Made by a program: the position numbers and the translations under genes. The notes under the pieces are model-generated. The model saw nothing but the letters and a program-made list of their open reading frames with translations, ran no database searches and was not told the origin of the DNA. From the NCBI GenBank assembly GCA_044228445.1, contig JBGAUV010000001.1, positions 250,495-314,494 on the forward strand: a DNA stretch of 64,000 bases, given 5' to 3'. The DNA is from Minisyncoccia bacterium. GTDB taxonomy: Bacteria; Patescibacteriota; Minisyncoccia; Phycocordibacterales; PALSA-1337. Numbering within the stretch: the stretch's first letter is position 1; each line of letters begins with the position of its first letter. Shown in pieces: positions 28,290 through 38,874 of this stretch.

Positions 28290-29197
28290 TGGAAAATAAG
28301 TGTACAATATGCGGAAATATATCTAGTTTTCTTTTAAATAAAGACGGTTTTGATCTATATAAATGTAAAAAATGTAGTTTAGTCTTTGTACACCCACAAC
28401 CAAAACAAGATTTTCTAAAAAATGAAGTCTATTCTTTTGAATCAGGTTATCAATCAAATAAAGCCAAAGATCTTTCAAAAGTACCAATTACAAAATCATA
28501 TAAAAAAATATTTGATTATTTAAATAAAAATAATATTAAAGGAAGTATGTTGGATATTGGTTGTTCAAATGGAGAATTTTTATATCATGCAAAAAAATAT
28601 GGTTTTCAAGTTGCAGGAATAGAATTAAATAAACGTACAGCAGAAATAGCAATTCAAAATGGTATTGATATTTTTATAGGTACAATTGAAACAGTAAATT
28701 TAAATCAAAAATATGATTGTATATTTTTAGGAGATATTATTGAACACGTAACTGATCCACAATCTTTTCTAAATAAATGCGTAAGTTTATTAAATAATAA
28801 TAGCCATATAATAATATCTACACCAAATCTCGATTGCTTTTGGTCAAAATCAAGTTTTTTACTATATAAATTATTTAAAATACCTTGGTCTTCACTTACT
28901 CCACCTTATCATTTATTCCAATTTAGTCATGAAAATTTAATTAGTCTTGCTCAAAATAATGGATTAAATTATGTAGATTCTTGGTATACAGGTAGACCAA
29001 GACTTATGTATGAACTCGGTTCATTACATTTGGTCAAAAAGATTAAAAATTCAAAAGGGATTATGAAAGTTTTCTATTTTATTTATACAGTAAAATCTTT
29101 TTTACTTTATTCAATTCTATATTTTATTGCAGATATATTGAGTCTATTTAGGATAACTAAAAGGGATTTTGCTATGGTTATAGTATTTAAGAAATAA
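28286..29197 (+). CDS. Class I SAM-dependent methyltransferase with an N-terminal zinc ribbon
   Basis: CTICGN...CKKCSLVF; motif I MLDIGCSNGEFL. Confidence 0.75.
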   Translation: MMENKCTICGNISSFLLNKDGFDLYKCKKCSLVFVHPQPKQDFLKNEVYSFESGYQSNKAKDLSKVPITKSYKKIFDYLNKNNIKGSMLDIGCSNGEFLYHAKKYGFQVAGIELNKRTAEIAIQNGIDIFIGTIETVNLNQKYDCIFLGDIIEHVTDPQSFLNKCVSLLNNNSHIIISTPNLDCFWSKSSFLLYKLFKIPWSSLTPPYHLFQFSHENLISLAQNNGLNYVDSWYTGRPRLMYELGSLHLVKKIKNSKGIMKVFYFIYTVKSFLLYSILYFIADILSLFRITKRDFAMVIVFKK

Positions 29198-29198
29198 T

Positions 29199-30248
29199 AT
29201 GGAAAAGATTAAAGTATATATTGGAAAACCATTTGATAAATTACCAATAATAGAAGTTTTATCTGCGCCACCAAGGTTGGTAAAAGATAAAAATATATTT
29301 GAAGAGAAAGATCTATTTTCTTCAAGTGAAGGCTATGTTGAAATTGTAAATAATCCCGAAGAGTGTGAATATTTCCTATTACCACATTCATATAACTTTA
29401 TCTCAAATAATAAAAATTACATTAGGGACTTTGAAGATTTAGCAAATAAATATAATAAAAAGATTATAGTTTTTCTTTTAGGTGATTCAAATGAAAAAAT
29501 TTATTTTAAGTCTTCTATTATATTTAGAATGTCTCAATACAAGACAAGTTTAAATAAAAATGAGTTTATAATGCCTGCTTATGCTCAAGACTTGGGTGGT
29601 TTATATGGGGTAAATTATAAAGATAAGAGTGAAATACCCACAGTTGGCTTTTGTGGTTGGGCAGATGTACCAAGCCCTTATATGAATTTCAAATATAATT
29701 TAAAGTATTTATTTTGGAATATTTCAGGAAAATTTATAAATAAACTCGGCGCTAGAGTTCCAGGAGTTATTTTAAGAGAAAAATTAATTAAAATAATTAA
29801 TTCAAATAAAGATATTAATAAAAATATAATAATTAGAAGATCTTATGGTGGAAGTATAAAAACTATAGGTATACCACCAGTTCAAGCTAGAAAAGAATAT
29901 GTTGAATGTATAAAAAACTCAGATTATTTTCTTTGTCCTAAAGGTGATGGTAATTTTTCAGTTAGATTTTATGAAACTCTTAGTCTAGGTAGAATTCCAG
30001 TGCTTATAGATACTGATATAGAGCTACCTTATCCTGATCTTATTGATTACAATTCTTTTTTAATCAAAATAAATATGAAAGATATTAACAATATTGATAG
30101 TATCATTTTAAATTTTCATGAGGGAATAAATAAAGAACAATTTAAGTCAATACAGAATAAATGCAGACAAGCGTTTGACCAATACCTTAATATTCATGTA
30201 TTCTTTAGGAATGTTCTCAAAAGAGAGTTTTTGGCTAAGATTCACTAA
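29199..30248 (+). CDS. Exostosin-family (GT47-like) glycosyltransferase
   Basis: FLCPKGDGNFSVRFYETLSLGRIPVLIDTD. Confidence 0.65.
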   Translation: MEKIKVYIGKPFDKLPIIEVLSAPPRLVKDKNIFEEKDLFSSSEGYVEIVNNPEECEYFLLPHSYNFISNNKNYIRDFEDLANKYNKKIIVFLLGDSNEKIYFKSSIIFRMSQYKTSLNKNEFIMPAYAQDLGGLYGVNYKDKSEIPTVGFCGWADVPSPYMNFKYNLKYLFWNISGKFINKLGARVPGVILREKLIKIINSNKDINKNIIIRRSYGGSIKTIGIPPVQARKEYVECIKNSDYFLCPKGDGNFSVRFYETLSLGRIPVLIDTDIELPYPDLIDYNSFLIKINMKDINNIDSIILNFHEGINKEQFKSIQNKCRQAFDQYLNIHVFFRNVLKREFLAKIH

Positions 30249-31743
30249 ATATGCAATAAGCTCGGTATCTCTAATTCTTGCTTTCGCTTTTTTACTATAT
30301 TTTTCACTAAATAAGCTTATTGAAACTCCTCCTACATGGATGGATGAAGGTATAATAATAGAAACTGCTAGAAATATAGCTTCACATGGTAGTCCTAGTA
30401 TAAGAATTAGTCCAACAGAATTAGTCTCTGGTGGTTATGTTACAACAAGCTATCCTGTAACCTATCCAATAAGTATTTTATTTAAAAAATATGGAGTAAA
30501 TATATATTCAGCAAGAATTGTAATGGTTATATACTTGTTACTATTTGCTATTTCAAGTTTATTACTAACAATTAAAGTTGGAGAAAAGAGTAAATACTCA
30601 TACATATTATCTTTATTATTAATTGTAAGTTTTGCTCCACTGTATGGACATGGTAAAAATGTACTAGGTGAAGTCCCTGGTATGTTTTATTTATTTATTT
30701 CAATTATACTAATATCTTTTTTATCTGATATTTTAAATAGAACTGATATAAGAATAAGATATAAAATTTTATTAAATATATTAACAGGTGTATTTATAGG
30801 TTTAACTGTTGTTACAAAACCGATCTTTATTTTATTAATTCCATCAATAGTTCTAGGGTTAATTGTTTATCTTTTTGCTAGACATAAATATAGTAAGATG
30901 TTTGAAGTAAGGTATTTAGCACTAAAAAATTCTCTATATTTATACTTAGTATCGGGTCTATTATCTGTATTTTTACCCATATATATATGGTTTAAACACC
31001 AGTTCAATGGGGAAAGTCTTTCTTTTATACTGTCTGTTTATGCTAACCCGCATAAGAATGCTATTTTCGAATCAATTATTTCAAATTCATTAAGATTTTT
31101 TACAGAGTATCAACCAAGTTACATGCTAATACTATTTTCAGTATTTAGTTTGGCAATAATAGTTAAATTTAAAAAATATAAAGAATTAAATTTAGCTAAT
31201 ATTATTTTATGGTTTTTTTCCGGTTTAATACTATTGGCTTATGTTAGAACTCCAGGATATTATAGATACTTTTTTGAAGCACAAATAGTATGTTTAACAT
31301 TATTACCTGGAAATATAATATTTTTATTTAATCAAATTAATCCTAAGCTAAAGAAATTCGGTATATTAGTAGTTTTACTTTTACTTGCTATTCATATTAG
31401 ACAATTATTCTATGGAAGTTGGATAAATCAATATAAAGATAGTAAGAGATCTGAAATATTAATAAAAGAACTTTCAGATACACCATCTAGTAGTGAGGTG
31501 TTTATATATCAAGCACCTGAAGTTGCTACATTTATACCAAATGAAAATTATTCACAATATATCGAAATTACAAAAGATATTATACAAGGAACATCATCAC
31601 TACAAAGACTTGAAAAAGGAATTCCAGATATTGTCGTAACAAAGGATGATCAAGTTATACTTGATAAAGTTAAACTTTTAACAAAGAATAAGTATAAAAA
31701 TGTATATACTTTAGATAGGTATACTTTCTTAAGGAAAAAATAA
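30211..31743 (+). CDS. GT-C fold membrane glycosyltransferase (ArnT/PMT-like)
   Basis: About 12 TM segments; first-loop WMDEGII motif; start moved to an internal Met to reduce overlap. Confidence 0.6.
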   Translation: MFSKESFWLRFTKYAISSVSLILAFAFLLYFSLNKLIETPPTWMDEGIIIETARNIASHGSPSIRISPTELVSGGYVTTSYPVTYPISILFKKYGVNIYSARIVMVIYLLLFAISSLLLTIKVGEKSKYSYILSLLLIVSFAPLYGHGKNVLGEVPGMFYLFISIILISFLSDILNRTDIRIRYKILLNILTGVFIGLTVVTKPIFILLIPSIVLGLIVYLFARHKYSKMFEVRYLALKNSLYLYLVSGLLSVFLPIYIWFKHQFNGESLSFILSVYANPHKNAIFESIISNSLRFFTEYQPSYMLILFSVFSLAIIVKFKKYKELNLANIILWFFSGLILLAYVRTPGYYRYFFEAQIVCLTLLPGNIIFLFNQINPKLKKFGILVVLLLLAIHIRQLFYGSWINQYKDSKRSEILIKELSDTPSSSEVFIYQAPEVATFIPNENYSQYIEITKDIIQGTSSLQRLEKGIPDIVVTKDDQVILDKVKLLTKNKYKNVYTLDRYTFLRKK

Positions 31744-32886
31744 ATGGCTCTAATTTATATATCTCAAAATCGAATACCAAGTGATAAGGGATATGCAATT
31801 CAAATTATGAAAATGTGCGAAGCCTTTTCTATAATAGGTATTGATATAAAACTATTTGTTTTAAACTATAAAAGTGATAATAAGGATAAACAAAATATCT
31901 TTGATTATTTTAATATTAAAAAGACCTTTCCAATTATACAAATACAAAGTCCTTTTATTATTAAGTTGGGTAAAATTGGTTATATAATTCAAGGAATCTT
32001 TTTCTCAATTAAAACTTTATTAAATGGAAGGTTTGGTTTAGATGATAAAATTTATACAAGAGATTATATACCTGCAATTATATTTTCAATTCTTGGTTAT
32101 AAAGTATATTTTGAAATACATACTCATCATGGTTCTTTCGGAATAAAAATAGCTCAAAGGCTCGCAAAAGGAATAATTGTAATTTCAAAAGGTTTAAAAG
32201 ATTTCTATATTGAAAAGGGTTTTGATGAAAATAATATATTCATAGCACCAAGTGGGGTAGATATAGAAGAGTTTGATGAGCTAGGCCCAATAAAAGATAT
32301 TAGAAAAGTACTAGGTTTAAATGAACAAGTTAAAATTGCCTTGTATACAGGGCATTTATACAAATGGAAGGGAATAGATACACTTATAAAAGCTTCAAAA
32401 ATTATAAAAGATAATATTAAAATAGTTTGTATAGGCGGTACTGAATACGATTTAAATAATATTAGAAAAGATGAAGATTTAATTGATAATAAAAATATAT
32501 ATTTTATAGGTTCAAAACCTTTTAAGGATATTAGTTCATATATGAGATCAGCAGATGCATTTTTATTACCCAATTCAAATAAAAGTATAATTTCAGAGAG
32601 ATTTACCTCTCCATTAAAATTATTTTCATACATGGCTATAAAAAAACCTATAGTAGTTTCAGATCTTCCTTCGATGAGAGAAATACTTGATGAAAATATG
32701 GTTTATTTCTTTGAACCTGGTAGTGAAAAAGATTTAGTTGATAAGATAGAGCAAGTTTTTAAAGATAAAGCTTTATCAGATAAAAGAATACAAAATGCAT
32801 ATAAAAAAGTTCAAGATTTTTCTTGGATAAATAGAGCTAATAGACTTTTAAAATTTATCGGATATACTGAGGCAAATATTAAATAA
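31744..32886 (+). CDS. Glycosyltransferase family 4
   Basis: GT-B architecture; FTSPLKLFSYMAIKKPIVVSDLPSMREIL. Confidence 0.7.
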   Translation: MALIYISQNRIPSDKGYAIQIMKMCEAFSIIGIDIKLFVLNYKSDNKDKQNIFDYFNIKKTFPIIQIQSPFIIKLGKIGYIIQGIFFSIKTLLNGRFGLDDKIYTRDYIPAIIFSILGYKVYFEIHTHHGSFGIKIAQRLAKGIIVISKGLKDFYIEKGFDENNIFIAPSGVDIEEFDELGPIKDIRKVLGLNEQVKIALYTGHLYKWKGIDTLIKASKIIKDNIKIVCIGGTEYDLNNIRKDEDLIDNKNIYFIGSKPFKDISSYMRSADAFLLPNSNKSIISERFTSPLKLFSYMAIKKPIVVSDLPSMREILDENMVYFFEPGSEKDLVDKIEQVFKDKALSDKRIQNAYKKVQDFSWINRANRLLKFIGYTEANIK

Positions 32887-32887
32887 T

Positions 32888-33832
32888 ATGAAAAAAGTAT
32901 CAATAATCACTCCCATATATAATGAATCAAAAAGTCTCGGTATTTTGATTGATGAAATATCAAGTGTCTTAAATAATAATTTTGATTATGAAATAATTGC
33001 TGTAAATGATGGTTCAAAAGATGATACAGAAAAAGTGCTTACCGACATTGCTTCAAAAAATAAAAGACTTAAGGTCATAAATTTTAGTGTAAATAGAGGG
33101 CAAAGTTCAGCTCTTTCTGCTGGTATAGAGAAGGCAAGTGGGGATATTATTGTAACTATAGATAGTGATTTAGAAAATGATCCAAAAGATATTTTGACAC
33201 TAATAAAAAAAATGGATCAAGGTTTTGATGTTGTATCAGGTTGGAGGAAGGATAGATGGGAGGGTAATTTTATATCTAGAAAACTACCTTCAGTATTAGC
33301 AAATTCACTCATATCATTTATAACAGGAGTTTATTTACATGATTATGGCTGTACATTAAAGGCATATTCAAGAAAAGTCATAGATGGTTTAAAAATATAT
33401 GGAGAAATGCATAGATTTATTCCTGCTTATGCTTCATGGAATGGTGCTTCTGTTACTGAAGAAATAATTTCATTTAGACAAAGACGATTTGGAAAAAGTA
33501 ACTACGGAATATCTAGAACATTTAGAGTTGTACTTGATCTAATAACTATTAAATATTTTATTAAATATTTTAATAAGCCAATGCACTTTTTTGGAGGCAT
33601 AGGTTTTATTTCACTATCAGTTGGTATATTTGCAGGTTTATTTTCTATTATTTTAAAAATAACTCATATAAGAAACTTTGTTGCAACTCCTCTACCAATA
33701 TTTTCTGCTTTACTAATTATTGTTGGTATACAACTTATTACAATGGGTATTATTGCTGAAATACTCATGAGAACATATTATGAATCACAAGGTGGTAGAC
33801 CATATAATATTAAAAATACAATAAACTTCTAA
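32888..33832 (+). CDS. GT2 polyprenol-phosphate glycosyltransferase (GtrB/ArnC/DPM1-like) with 2 C-terminal TM helices
   Basis: VSIITPIYNES, VNDGSKDDT, DSDLENDP. Confidence 0.85.
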   Translation: MKKVSIITPIYNESKSLGILIDEISSVLNNNFDYEIIAVNDGSKDDTEKVLTDIASKNKRLKVINFSVNRGQSSALSAGIEKASGDIIVTIDSDLENDPKDILTLIKKMDQGFDVVSGWRKDRWEGNFISRKLPSVLANSLISFITGVYLHDYGCTLKAYSRKVIDGLKIYGEMHRFIPAYASWNGASVTEEIISFRQRRFGKSNYGISRTFRVVLDLITIKYFIKYFNKPMHFFGGIGFISLSVGIFAGLFSIILKITHIRNFVATPLPIFSALLIIVGIQLITMGIIAEILMRTYYESQGGRPYNIKNTINF

Positions 33833-33833
33833 A

Positions 33834-35717
33834 ATGTGTGGAATAGCTGGATTTAAAGGTCAAGGTAATATAGAAAATATAGAGAGTATGATAAATACTC
33901 TTAAGCATAGAGGACCAGATGATACTGGAATTAGTATTGATGGAGATATGTTCTTTGCTCAATCAAGACTGAGTATTTTGGATTTAAGTGCTTTAGGTCA
34001 TCAACCAATGTCTGATTCAAGTGAAAGCGTAAATATAATATTTAATGGGGAAATTTATAACTTTAAAGAAATAAGAAGAGAACTTGAAAATAAAAATTAT
34101 AAGTTTAAAAGTAATTCCGATACTGAAGTAATAATTTATAGTTATATTGAATATGGTTTGAAATGTTTTTCAATGTTTGAAGGTATGTTTGCAATTGCTA
34201 TACATGATAAAAGAAGTGGTGATTTGATTTTATCTAGAGATAGAATGGGTAAAAAACCACTATATTATTTTATTAAAAATAAAAATATTGTTTTTGGTTC
34301 AGAATTAAAAGCAATAAAAAAACACCCACTATTCATAAAAAAGATTTCTGATATAGGTTTAAAATTATATTTAAAACATGATTATATTCCTACACCTTTA
34401 ACAATATATGAAGATGTTTATAAACTTGAACCTGGATCATATCTTGTTTTTGATAAAGAAAATAAGGTACATACAGAAAAGTTTTGGGATTTAAATATAA
34501 AAGAAAATATAAATAAAGATAAAAACTTAAGACATTATGTTGAAGAATTTGATAATATTTTTTTGCAAAGTATAAAAAGAAGAATGATATCTGATGTTCC
34601 TTTGGGTATATTTTTAAGTGGAGGAATAGATAGCTCACTAATTGCACTTTATGCAATAAAATTGGTAAAAAACCCAAAAGATATAAAGACTTTTTCTATA
34701 GGATTTGAGAATAAGAGTTTTGATGAAACAAATTTTGCAAATGAAGTTGCTACAGTTTTAGGTACTGATCATTATTCAAGAATTGTAAAACAAGATGAGG
34801 TTATAAATATTATTGAAGAAGTCGGTGAAATATTTGATGAACCAGTAGCAGACGCTTCAGTTATTCCAACATATATATTATCCAAGTTTTCCAGAGAAAA
34901 AGTGACTGTTGCTTTAAGTGGTGATGGTGCAGATGAATTATTCTTAGGCTACCCTACATTTCAAGCAGATAAAGTTGTAAAATTATTTTTACCTATACTC
35001 TTATTTTTCAAGAAATTTTTAATAAAAATTATAAATATTTTACCATTCAGTACTGATAATTTTTCTTTTGCTTTTAAAGCCAGAAAGTTTATTGAAGGAA
35101 TACATACTGATGATTTTATAAGGCATAATAATTGGCTTGGAAGCTTTGATGATAAAACTATAAAAAATATTTTATCTAATAAATATAATGATAATGAAAA
35201 TGAATTTGAAAACTATTTAAATAGTAAGTATTCTAATTATAGGAAACTAGGAAAAAATAACAGTTTATCTAGTTTATATTTAAGAACATATTTAATGGAT
35301 CAGGTTATGGTAAAAGTCGATAGAGCAAGTATGAGGGCTAGTCTAGAAGCTAGAGCGCCATTTTTGGATTCAAAAATTGTGGATTTCGCCTTATCTTTAC
35401 CACATAGTCTAAAGATAAAAAAATTTAAGACAAAGTATATACTTAGACATATAGCAAGTAAGTTTTTTTCAAAAAATATATTTAAAAGACCTAAAAAAGG
35501 TTTTGGTTTACCTATATCAGAATGGTTAAGAAAAGATTTAAAACCAATACTAAATGAGTATTTGAGTAAAGAAAATATTGAAAAATACGAAATCTTTAAC
35601 TACGAAGAAATAAAGAGATTAATTGATGACCATGTGCAAGGTAAGATAGAAAGAAGGAAGGAGCTTTGGAATTTATTAACTTTGCATATTTGGCTTAAGA
35701 AAAATTTTGATAATTGA
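33834..35717 (+). CDS. asnB: Asparagine synthase (glutamine-hydrolysing) family amidotransferase
   Basis: MCGIAGF N-terminal nucleophile; FLSGGIDSS PP-loop. Confidence 0.85.
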   Translation: MCGIAGFKGQGNIENIESMINTLKHRGPDDTGISIDGDMFFAQSRLSILDLSALGHQPMSDSSESVNIIFNGEIYNFKEIRRELENKNYKFKSNSDTEVIIYSYIEYGLKCFSMFEGMFAIAIHDKRSGDLILSRDRMGKKPLYYFIKNKNIVFGSELKAIKKHPLFIKKISDIGLKLYLKHDYIPTPLTIYEDVYKLEPGSYLVFDKENKVHTEKFWDLNIKENINKDKNLRHYVEEFDNIFLQSIKRRMISDVPLGIFLSGGIDSSLIALYAIKLVKNPKDIKTFSIGFENKSFDETNFANEVATVLGTDHYSRIVKQDEVINIIEEVGEIFDEPVADASVIPTYILSKFSREKVTVALSGDGADELFLGYPTFQADKVVKLFLPILLFFKKFLIKIINILPFSTDNFSFAFKARKFIEGIHTDDFIRHNNWLGSFDDKTIKNILSNKYNDNENEFENYLNSKYSNYRKLGKNNSLSSLYLRTYLMDQVMVKVDRASMRASLEARAPFLDSKIVDFALSLPHSLKIKKFKTKYILRHIASKFFSKNIFKRPKKGFGLPISEWLRKDLKPILNEYLSKENIEKYEIFNYEEIKRLIDDHVQGKIERRKELWNLLTLHIWLKKNFDN

Positions 35718-35748
35718 TTAAATATTTCCTGAGTGATATATTTACCAT

Positions 35749-36519
35749 ATGGCTTCAACTGAGAGATTTGGATATGAATGGGATAAATATTCTTATATAG
35801 ATCAAAAATACGAAGATCAGCTAGAGAATTGGCTTGGACCAATTAAAAAAGAGTATTTTGAAGATAAAACTATTCTTGATGCAGGTTGTGGTATGGGTAG
35901 AAATAGCTATTGGTCACTAAAATGGGGAGCAAGAAAACTCACTGCTTTCGATTTTGATCATAGATCAGTAAATAGAGCAAAAGAAACGCTAAAAGAATTT
36001 GGAGATAAGGCTGAAGTTTTATACAAAAGTATATATGATATAAATTGGAAAAACAGTTTTGATATAGTTTTTAGTATTGGAGTTATACATCATTTAAAAG
36101 ACTATGAAAAAGCATTAAACAACCTTTATCAAAGTTTAAAACCGGGAGGAAAAATGATAGTTTGGGTATATGGTAGAGAAGGAAATGAATGGATAGTTAG
36201 ACTAGTAGATCCAATTAGAAAAAATATTACATCAAAACTTCCTTTACCTATAGTTCATTTTTTAAGCTATTTTTGTTCAATCCCACTTTATTTTTTTGTA
36301 AAAATATTTAGAGGTCCAAGTGGATATTTAAAACAAATTTCTAGTTTTAAATTTAAACATATACATAGTATTGTTTTTGATCAATTAATACCTGAAGTAG
36401 CAAACTACTGGCCAAAACAAGAGATAAATGAAATCTTTTCAAAAATAAATGGAATAAAAGATTTTTCTATAAATAGACCAAAGAATAATCTTGGTTGGAC
36501 TATTGTTTGTAATAAATAA
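35749..36519 (+). CDS. Class I SAM-dependent methyltransferase
   Basis: ILDAGCGMGRNS motif I. Confidence 0.75.
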   Translation: MASTERFGYEWDKYSYIDQKYEDQLENWLGPIKKEYFEDKTILDAGCGMGRNSYWSLKWGARKLTAFDFDHRSVNRAKETLKEFGDKAEVLYKSIYDINWKNSFDIVFSIGVIHHLKDYEKALNNLYQSLKPGGKMIVWVYGREGNEWIVRLVDPIRKNITSKLPLPIVHFLSYFCSIPLYFFVKIFRGPSGYLKQISSFKFKHIHSIVFDQLIPEVANYWPKQEINEIFSKINGIKDFSINRPKNNLGWTIVCNK

Positions 36520-36523
36520 TCTT

Positions 36524-38146
36524 ATGAATAATGATTTGAAACAAAGCATTGGCTGGGGTAAGTATAAAAATGTAATTGTAATTCCTACATATAATGAAAA
36601 GGATAATATTAAAGTAATAGTAAATAGTGTTTTAAATAATATTGATAATCAAACAAAAATCCTAGTTGTTGATGATAATTCTCCAGATGGTACAAAGTAT
36701 GTGGTTATGGATATGATGAAAGAAATACCAAATCTCTTTCTATATAATAGAGAAAAGAAACAAGGATTAGGTAAAGCATATACATCGACTTTTATATTTT
36801 TAATAGAGGATGAAAATATTGAAACCATAATAAGTATGGATGCTGATCTTTCTCACGATCCAATAAATATTCCTATAATGCTTGAGAAAAGAAAAAACTT
36901 TGATGTCGTAATAGGTTCAAGATATATAAAAGGAGGTAGTATTGAGGGTTGGGAATTATGGAGAAAATTATTGAGCTATGGAGGTAATTTTTATACTAGA
37001 AATATAGTTAGAGTTCCAATAAAGGATTTTACAAGCGGTTTTATGGCTATGTCAGCTGGTTCATTAAAACAAGTTGATTTAAATGCAATTGGAAGTTCTG
37101 GTTATGCCTTTTTAATTGAATTAAAACACGCTCTTTATTCACTTACACCTCGTATAAATGAAATACCAATAGTATTTAGAAATAGAGTGGAAGGTGAATC
37201 AAAGATATCAAATCATATAATTAAAGAGGGAATTAGAGCTCCTTGGAGATTGTTAATGAAGAAAAAAATAACAAATATTAATTGTCCAAGCTGTGGTACT
37301 GTAATTCATAAAAGAATAGGTAGTAAAAATTACTATCATTTCTATAAATGTTCAAATTGCAGTATGTATAGAATAAATCCTTTACCAAGTAATAATGCAG
37401 ACATTTACAGTGAGGATTATTTCTTTGGTGCAAATAAAGGTTTTGGCTATTCTGATTATGATAATAATAAAAAAGCTATGTACAATACTTTCCTTAAATA
37501 CATAGATATTATTAAAAATAATATTAAAAAGAATAAAAAAACAAAAATAAAATTACTTGATATAGGTTCTGCAACAGGTTATTTTCTAAATATTGCAAGT
37601 GAAAATGGTTTTGACGTTCAGGGTATAGAAATATCAAAGGATGCGAGTGAAATAGCAAATAATAAAGGTATAAAAACATACAATGGTATATTAAAAGATT
37701 TTAAAACAAAAGATAAATTTGATGTTATAACAATGCTTGATGTTATAGAGCATGTAAATGATCCAGTAAAAGATATAGAAATTGCTAATAAATTACTTGA
37801 TAACAATGGTTTACTTATAATAAATGCACCAGATTCAGGAAGTCTTATCGCTAGTACTTTAGGTAAAAACTGGCATTTAGTTGTACCACCAGAGCATGTT
37901 TTTTATTTTAATAAAAAATCTATTTCAGAAGTTTTAAAGAAAAATAATTTTGAGATAATAAATATTACAAATATAGGCAAGACATTTAAGATTGATTATA
38001 TATTTTTAATGTTATATAAATGGTTTAAGCTTAGTCCAATAAAATCTATTATAAATTTTTCAATGAATAATAAAGTTATAAACAAAATAAGTATACCTAT
38101 AAATTTAAGAGATAATATGTTTGTTATTGCTAGAAAAAATAAATGA
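36524..38146 (+). CDS. Fusion protein: GT2 (DPM1-like), zinc ribbon, SAM methyltransferase
   Basis: VIPTYNEKDNI, VVDDNSPDGT, MDADLSHDP; CPSCG...CSNCS; LLDIGSATGYF. Start moved to the ATG after the upstream stop. Confidence 0.75.
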   Translation: MNNDLKQSIGWGKYKNVIVIPTYNEKDNIKVIVNSVLNNIDNQTKILVVDDNSPDGTKYVVMDMMKEIPNLFLYNREKKQGLGKAYTSTFIFLIEDENIETIISMDADLSHDPINIPIMLEKRKNFDVVIGSRYIKGGSIEGWELWRKLLSYGGNFYTRNIVRVPIKDFTSGFMAMSAGSLKQVDLNAIGSSGYAFLIELKHALYSLTPRINEIPIVFRNRVEGESKISNHIIKEGIRAPWRLLMKKKITNINCPSCGTVIHKRIGSKNYYHFYKCSNCSMYRINPLPSNNADIYSEDYFFGANKGFGYSDYDNNKKAMYNTFLKYIDIIKNNIKKNKKTKIKLLDIGSATGYFLNIASENGFDVQGIEISKDASEIANNKGIKTYNGILKDFKTKDKFDVITMLDVIEHVNDPVKDIEIANKLLDNNGLLIINAPDSGSLIASTLGKNWHLVVPPEHVFYFNKKSISEVLKKNNFEIINITNIGKTFKIDYIFLMLYKWFKLSPIKSIINFSMNNKVINKISIPINLRDNMFVIARKNK

Positions 38147-38874
38147 AAATAGAACAATATAGAGATATATATGAATATGAATTAAATGGATTTTGGTACA
38201 GAGTAAGGAGAAGTATGATTCATTATTTTATAAAAAAGTATTTTCCTTTAAGAGAAAATATCACTATTTTAGACTTGGGTTGTGGTATGGGTGCTTTAAC
38301 AAAAGAGCTTATGGTTTATGGTGATGTATACGGTTTAGATTTTTCAGCAGAATCAATAAAGTTTTGTAAAGAAAGAGGATTAAATAATGTATTTCAAGGG
38401 GATGCTACAAATATACCTTTTGATGATAAAAAGTTTGATATCGTACTATCTTTAGATGTACTAGAACATATACAAGATCATGATAAAGCAGTAAAAGAAG
38501 TTAAAAGAGTATTAAAACAAGACGGACTATTTATAGCATTTGTACCTGCCTTTATGTCTTTGTGGAGTATTAATGATGATTTAAGCGAACATAAAAGGAG
38601 ATATACAAAAAGAGAATTAAATAATGTTTTATTAAATAATGCCTTCACAGTTAAAAGATCATCATATTTTAATACAGTATTGTTTATTCCAATATTTTTA
38701 ATTAGAAAGTTTAATAATATATTTAAAATAAAGGTTAAAAGTGAAATTAAAATGATTCCAAAATGGACTGATAAAATACTATATTCACTATTCTATTTTG
38801 AAAGTTTAATTTTAAGATATATAAACCTACCATTTGGTGTTTCATTATTTTCTATTTCAAATAAAAATAAATGA
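38143..38874 (+). CDS. Class I SAM-dependent methyltransferase with a C-terminal hydrophobic region
   Basis: ILDLGCGMGALT; FDIVLSLDVLEHI. Confidence 0.75.
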   Translation: MKIEQYRDIYEYELNGFWYRVRRSMIHYFIKKYFPLRENITILDLGCGMGALTKELMVYGDVYGLDFSAESIKFCKERGLNNVFQGDATNIPFDDKKFDIVLSLDVLEHIQDHDKAVKEVKRVLKQDGLFIAFVPAFMSLWSINDDLSEHKRRYTKRELNNVLLNNAFTVKRSSYFNTVLFIPIFLIRKFNNIFKIKVKSEIKMIPKWTDKILYSLFYFESLILRYINLPFGVSLFSISNKNK